NCBI GenBank assembly: GCA_031372065.1
Contig: JANMKN010000062.1
Coordinates: 1-20,060, forward strand
Origin: Abditibacteriaceae bacterium
GTDB taxonomy: Bacteria; Armatimonadota; Abditibacteriia; Abditibacteriales; Abditibacteriaceae
Length of the DNA stretch: 20,060 nt
Direction of reading: 5' to 3'
Below, in pieces: positions 17,401 through 20,060 of the stretch. Position numbers and translations under genes: made by a program. Under the pieces are notes generated by a model, which searched no databases, was not told where the DNA came from, and saw only the letters and a program-made list of their open reading frames with translations. The first letter of the stretch is position 1, and every line of letters starts with the position of its first letter.

Positions 17401-17882
17401 GCAGCTGTGGGCGATTCCCAGCACCAAAATTCGGCTTTGCGTCTGGCGAGGTTAAATTCCTTCGCCGTGCCGCTTTTTGGGGCAGTTATGGCGGCGCTTT
17501 CGGCGGGCCACGGCGCGCCTTGTTTGATCCACTCTTTCAAATCGGCAATTTGCGCATCGGGCAACTTGCTTTTCGGCGGCATTTGCAACTCAGTATCGGT
17601 ATAAAGCACCGATTTCATCAGCAAACTTTTACCGGGGTCGCCGGGCACAATCGCCGGGCCGGAATCACCGCCTTTGATCATCGCCTCGCGCGAATCGAGG
17701 TGCAAATTGCCCTTGAGTTTTTTCGCTTGCGCACTGTGGCAACTGTAGCATTGCTCGGCCAACAAGGGCCGCACGCGCTTTTCGAAAAATTCGATTTGCT
17801 CCGGTTTGAAGTCTGCTGCGCGTGCAGTGGTGCTCCACGCAGAAAACGCGAAAATCGCACCTAAAAATCTCAAGTTTTTCAT
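14478..17882 (-). CDS. Planctomycete cytochrome c (PSCyt1) + DUF1549 + DUF1553 (PSD1) domain protein
   Basis: Signal peptide; FFEKRVRPLLAEQCYSCH (CxxCH at 17736-17750); IDRYILARL, GERWGRHWLD, NAYQYRDYVV, CARCHDHKFD (CxxCH at 16779-16793); ARVMVNRVWHHLFGRGIV, HRELLDYLA, RRSIY, PAQALILMN, final FNVKEFIY. Confidence 0.95.
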   Translation of the reverse strand: MKNLRFLGAIFAFSAWSTTARAADFKPEQIEFFEKRVRPLLAEQCYSCHSAQAKKLKGNLHLDSREAMIKGGDSGPAIVPGDPGKSLLMKSVLYTDTELQMPPKSKLPDAQIADLKEWIKQGAPWPAESAAITAPKSGTAKEFNLARRKAEFWCWESPTAAALPPVKDKKWGAQAIDRYILARLEEKKLAPAPRAEPLVLLRRLHFDITGLPPKPSEIAAFEKACALNPQTALEGEVDRLLASPQFGERWGRHWLDSVRYAETRGHEFDYPIPNAYQYRDYVVRALNADVPYNQFVREHIAGDLLPSPRLNTQNGANESILGTGFWFLGEEVHSPVNIRGDETDRMDNRLDTMTKTFLGLTVSCARCHDHKFDAISQRDYYALSGFLVSSGYRQARFGSLEAHRVIASQLEKVQRNAASSLIKAAGNALPQGIAQAPKYLMAAREIVQDEKADSAAIANAHNVEEAQLKLWAAELKAAKTQASHPLHAFASVALDLKNDDVAEFARRLTDLLNRCKKQDSEAQKTPPIAAENVIVDYAKSAPDEWFQDGYSFGLRPAAVGEAIIGNSLEKPLLGFATRQSAVRGEAWKNMAVQGADRDVGSLGAWERGEQTLRTRDFTLNANSLWYLVRGSVRVYAAVDSHLVIQGPLHGALLREFKDENNEWHWVQHGLGDYKGHRLRVEFSPVDKGDLSIAMVVQSDNKPPLPEVPNELLLSAFSDAKVQSPQALAEALSEVWRGVAEEMATGTLKPDAVEIADDLLRRQDLFVPPGSEARRNFALAVQPFFKEQAQITARIQTNSPTAPAMTDGNGVDEFLLIRGQAGSPGEVVPRRFLEALGGTKTIKYKGSGRDELANQIANPSNPFTARVMVNRVWHHLFGRGIVPTVDNFGVLGQSPSHRELLDYLALRFANEQGWSVKKLIREIVLSRTYQMSSAANDNRAEEADPQNIFLHRANVKRLEGEAIRDAVLAVSGRLDPKIGGPSVPVYLTSFMDGRGRPASGPLDGAGRRSIYLSVHRNFLQPMLLTFDMPIPFASMGRRNVSNVPAQALILMNDPFVVEQAKIWAENSASLAEPKERVRQMYLAAFGRTPTETEQSAALNFIGEQAKTTGTEANNQTAWADLGHVLFNVKEFIYLR

Positions 17883-17888
17883 GGTTTC

Positions 17889-18824
17889 TTAGCGCAGCGG
17901 CGCGGCGGCAAGGGTTTCGCCGTTGCTATCAAGAATATGCACTTCATGGATGCCGGGGCCAGCGTCTTCGGTGAAAGTCCACACCACTTTTTTCTCCGGC
18001 GTAACTTCGAGTAGTTTGGTGCGATTGGCGCCGATGGCATAAGCGCAAATCACGGTGTTGCCATTGGGCAAACGCTGACCGCCGCAGGCATCGTTGATGA
18101 GATTGCCGGGCAAATCGCCGTTGTTCAATTGCCAGACAATTTTGCCCTCGGCATTCACTTCGACAACGGTGTTGCCGTGCGTCAAATTGATCAGCGTGTT
18201 GCCATTAGACAAGCGAATCGCCGTAAAGGGCCAGCTTTCGTTAGGCGCTTCGGGCGCTTTCCATTCCCACACGATTTTTCCTTCGGGCGTGTATTCGCGC
18301 ACCACTTTATCAAGCAATTGCGGCACCAGATAATTGCCATTGGACAGCTTGCGCGTCATGCGCGTTTCCATGTGGTGATTGTTCGTTTGACATTGGATCG
18401 GCACGTCAACCACGATTTCGCCCGCTTTATTGACTTCCAAAATGCGCGGCTTGGCCCCGGCTTCGGTCAGCATATAGTTGCTGTTGGGCAGCAATTGCGC
18501 CGTATTGACCTCGCTTTGCGTGCCTTTCCATTCAAAAACGCGCTTATTTTCGCGCGTAATTTCGACTACGCCGCCACCGGGAAATTCATCGCTTTTGGAA
18601 ACGGCCAACAAGATATTTCCATTGGGCAACACCTGTCCATCGCGCGTTGAAGCCGGGAACTGCCAGACGGTTTTGCCCTCGCCATCAATAAGGCGCGTTT
18701 GCCCGCCGGTTGCCAAAAATGAATGCTTGATCGCGTCCTGTGCGAAGGCATTTGTTGCCAACAAGACACAGAAGACAACACCGACAGAACAGCCCTTAAA
18801 GCGTGGGGAACGAAATATTTGCAT
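17889..18824 (-). CDS. Secreted beta-propeller protein (PQQ-like/arylsulfotransferase-like repeats)
   Basis: Signal peptide ending AFA-Q; repeated LxNGN(T/Y)L(I/V) ... VVEV.xxGKIVW blades (about 5-6). Start ATG 18824 preferred; GTG 18854 possible. Confidence 0.82.
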   Translation of the reverse strand: MQIFRSPRFKGCSVGVVFCVLLATNAFAQDAIKHSFLATGGQTRLIDGEGKTVWQFPASTRDGQVLPNGNILLAVSKSDEFPGGGVVEITRENKRVFEWKGTQSEVNTAQLLPNSNYMLTEAGAKPRILEVNKAGEIVVDVPIQCQTNNHHMETRMTRKLSNGNYLVPQLLDKVVREYTPEGKIVWEWKAPEAPNESWPFTAIRLSNGNTLINLTHGNTVVEVNAEGKIVWQLNNGDLPGNLINDACGGQRLPNGNTVICAYAIGANRTKLLEVTPEKKVVWTFTEDAGPGIHEVHILDSNGETLAAAPLR

Positions 18825-18870
18825 GGCCGCAAGTTTAACCCGACCATGCTTCACAATGCGTGCCCCACAT

Positions 18871-20028
18871 TCAGTTTTGAATCACTTCAACACGCCAAAT
18901 CGCTTCGCGCGGCACGAAAAGCGTGGGGCCGTCCTCGCTTTGCAATTGTAGCCAATCGCGCGTGGCATTAAGCAGAATTCCGCTGCGCTGCGTTTGGTCG
19001 CTCCACACAATGGTCACGCGGCGATGAAAAATCGTTTTCAAAAGCGGGTCGGCGTCCCAAATTTCTTCTGGTTGATTCACTTCCACCAAACGGCAAAATT
19101 TTAGCGATTCCTCGTTTAAATCCAAGTCTTCAAAAACGCCCCAGCGATAAAAACAGGGAATCTCGTTTTCCAACAAAACCAAGCCAGAAACAGCGGCTAT
19201 GCGGTTTTGAAAATCCGCAATTTCAAATTCGCTCATCACCATAAACGCTGTCGAAAACGCATCGGCGCGGGTGGCACTTTCGCACAAGCACCATGAGGCG
19301 ATTTTTCCTTCGACAGCAAGACCGCTGCGCGGATCAAGAATATGTTTGCCTTGGGCATCGAAACCCGAACCGCCTAACGCGGCATCGCGCAGCAGCAACG
19401 TCGCGACAACCGAATTTTCATCGCGCGGATTGCGCAAGGCCAAAGGCCAGCCGTCGCAATCGGGCGGTGTGCCAAGCGCATAAACCGAACTGGTGCCCGC
19501 GTGCGCTAAAGCCGTTTCGATGTTCCATTCGCGCAAAACTTGAATGAGGCAATCAATCGCGTAGCCTTTGCCCAGCGCGCCCAAATCAATCGCCACGCCT
19601 TCGCCTAAAATCGTCACCGCGCCATTGTTTGGATTGATTTCCAAAAGTGGTTCTTGCGGCAACAAATCGGCGCGCGAAGTGCCTCCGGCGCGGATTTCAT
19701 CCATCGCGCGGGCCACCATAATATCAAACGTGCCACCCGTCACTTCGCTGATTTCGCCCGCTAAAAGCAGACAATCGCGCGCATAAGGGCCAACACGAAT
19801 GGTTTCGCCCGTTGCGGCGCCATTTAAGCGGCGCACATCACTGCCTTCGCGAAAACGCGACAAATCGCTTTCGATGCGGTCAACTTCCTCAAAAGCGGCA
19901 AACGCCGCCTGCCGCGCATATTCGCCGTCTTCGTGCGCGATGAAAACTTCCCAATCGCACGCCATCGCCTCGTGTTCGAAGCGATAAAGCGGCGTTTCAA
20001 TTTGTTCAGGCGAAAATTCAAGAGACAT
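18871..20028 (-). CDS. apbE: FAD:protein FMN transferase (ApbE/Ftp), cytoplasmic, with extra C-terminal Sm-like domain
   Basis: AMAC (AMGT equivalent), LSRFREGSDVRRLN, TGGTFDI, IDLGALGKGYAID, HILDPRSG, ADAFSTAFMVM; no signal peptide or lipobox; about 90-aa C-terminal extension. Confidence 0.9.
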   Translation of the reverse strand: MSLEFSPEQIETPLYRFEHEAMACDWEVFIAHEDGEYARQAAFAAFEEVDRIESDLSRFREGSDVRRLNGAATGETIRVGPYARDCLLLAGEISEVTGGTFDIMVARAMDEIRAGGTSRADLLPQEPLLEINPNNGAVTILGEGVAIDLGALGKGYAIDCLIQVLREWNIETALAHAGTSSVYALGTPPDCDGWPLALRNPRDENSVVATLLLRDAALGGSGFDAQGKHILDPRSGLAVEGKIASWCLCESATRADAFSTAFMVMSEFEIADFQNRIAAVSGLVLLENEIPCFYRWGVFEDLDLNEESLKFCRLVEVNQPEEIWDADPLLKTIFHRRVTIVWSDQTQRSGILLNATRDWLQLQSEDGPTLFVPREAIWRVEVIQN

Positions 20029-20060
20029 AAATATCCATCGCAGAGAACGCTGCGGTTCAC

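Overview
Bacterial chromosomal window of about 55% GC, packed with genes. The content (PSCyt1/DUF1549/DUF1553 protein, cytoplasmic ApbE, tandem FAD oxidoreductase, few Shine-Dalgarno sites) suggests a PVC-like or Armatimonadota/Abditibacteriota-like organism; this is inference. Left to right: a minus-strand operon of TPR+SseB-like protein, GT-C membrane glycosyltransferase and GT2 (running off the window); deaD with a long Lys/Pro-rich N-terminal tail; a YwjA-like ABC exporter; a small hypothetical; a secreted STN-like protein behind three phased 21-bp repeats; metF; and a 974-aa double FAD-oxidoreductase. Then comes a disturbed accessory zone at 11943-14477 (gene remnant, GTAG-type REP cluster, degenerate 41-bp repeats, a frameshifted low-GC PepSY/TolB-like gene). 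Last is a minus-strand cluster of apbE (with an extra Sm-like C-terminal domain), a beta-propeller and a PSCyt1-DUF1549-DUF1553 gene lacking its usual DUF1501 neighbour. No tRNA, rRNA, CRISPR array, transposase or integrase was recognised. All family calls are by motif recognition; no database searches were run.
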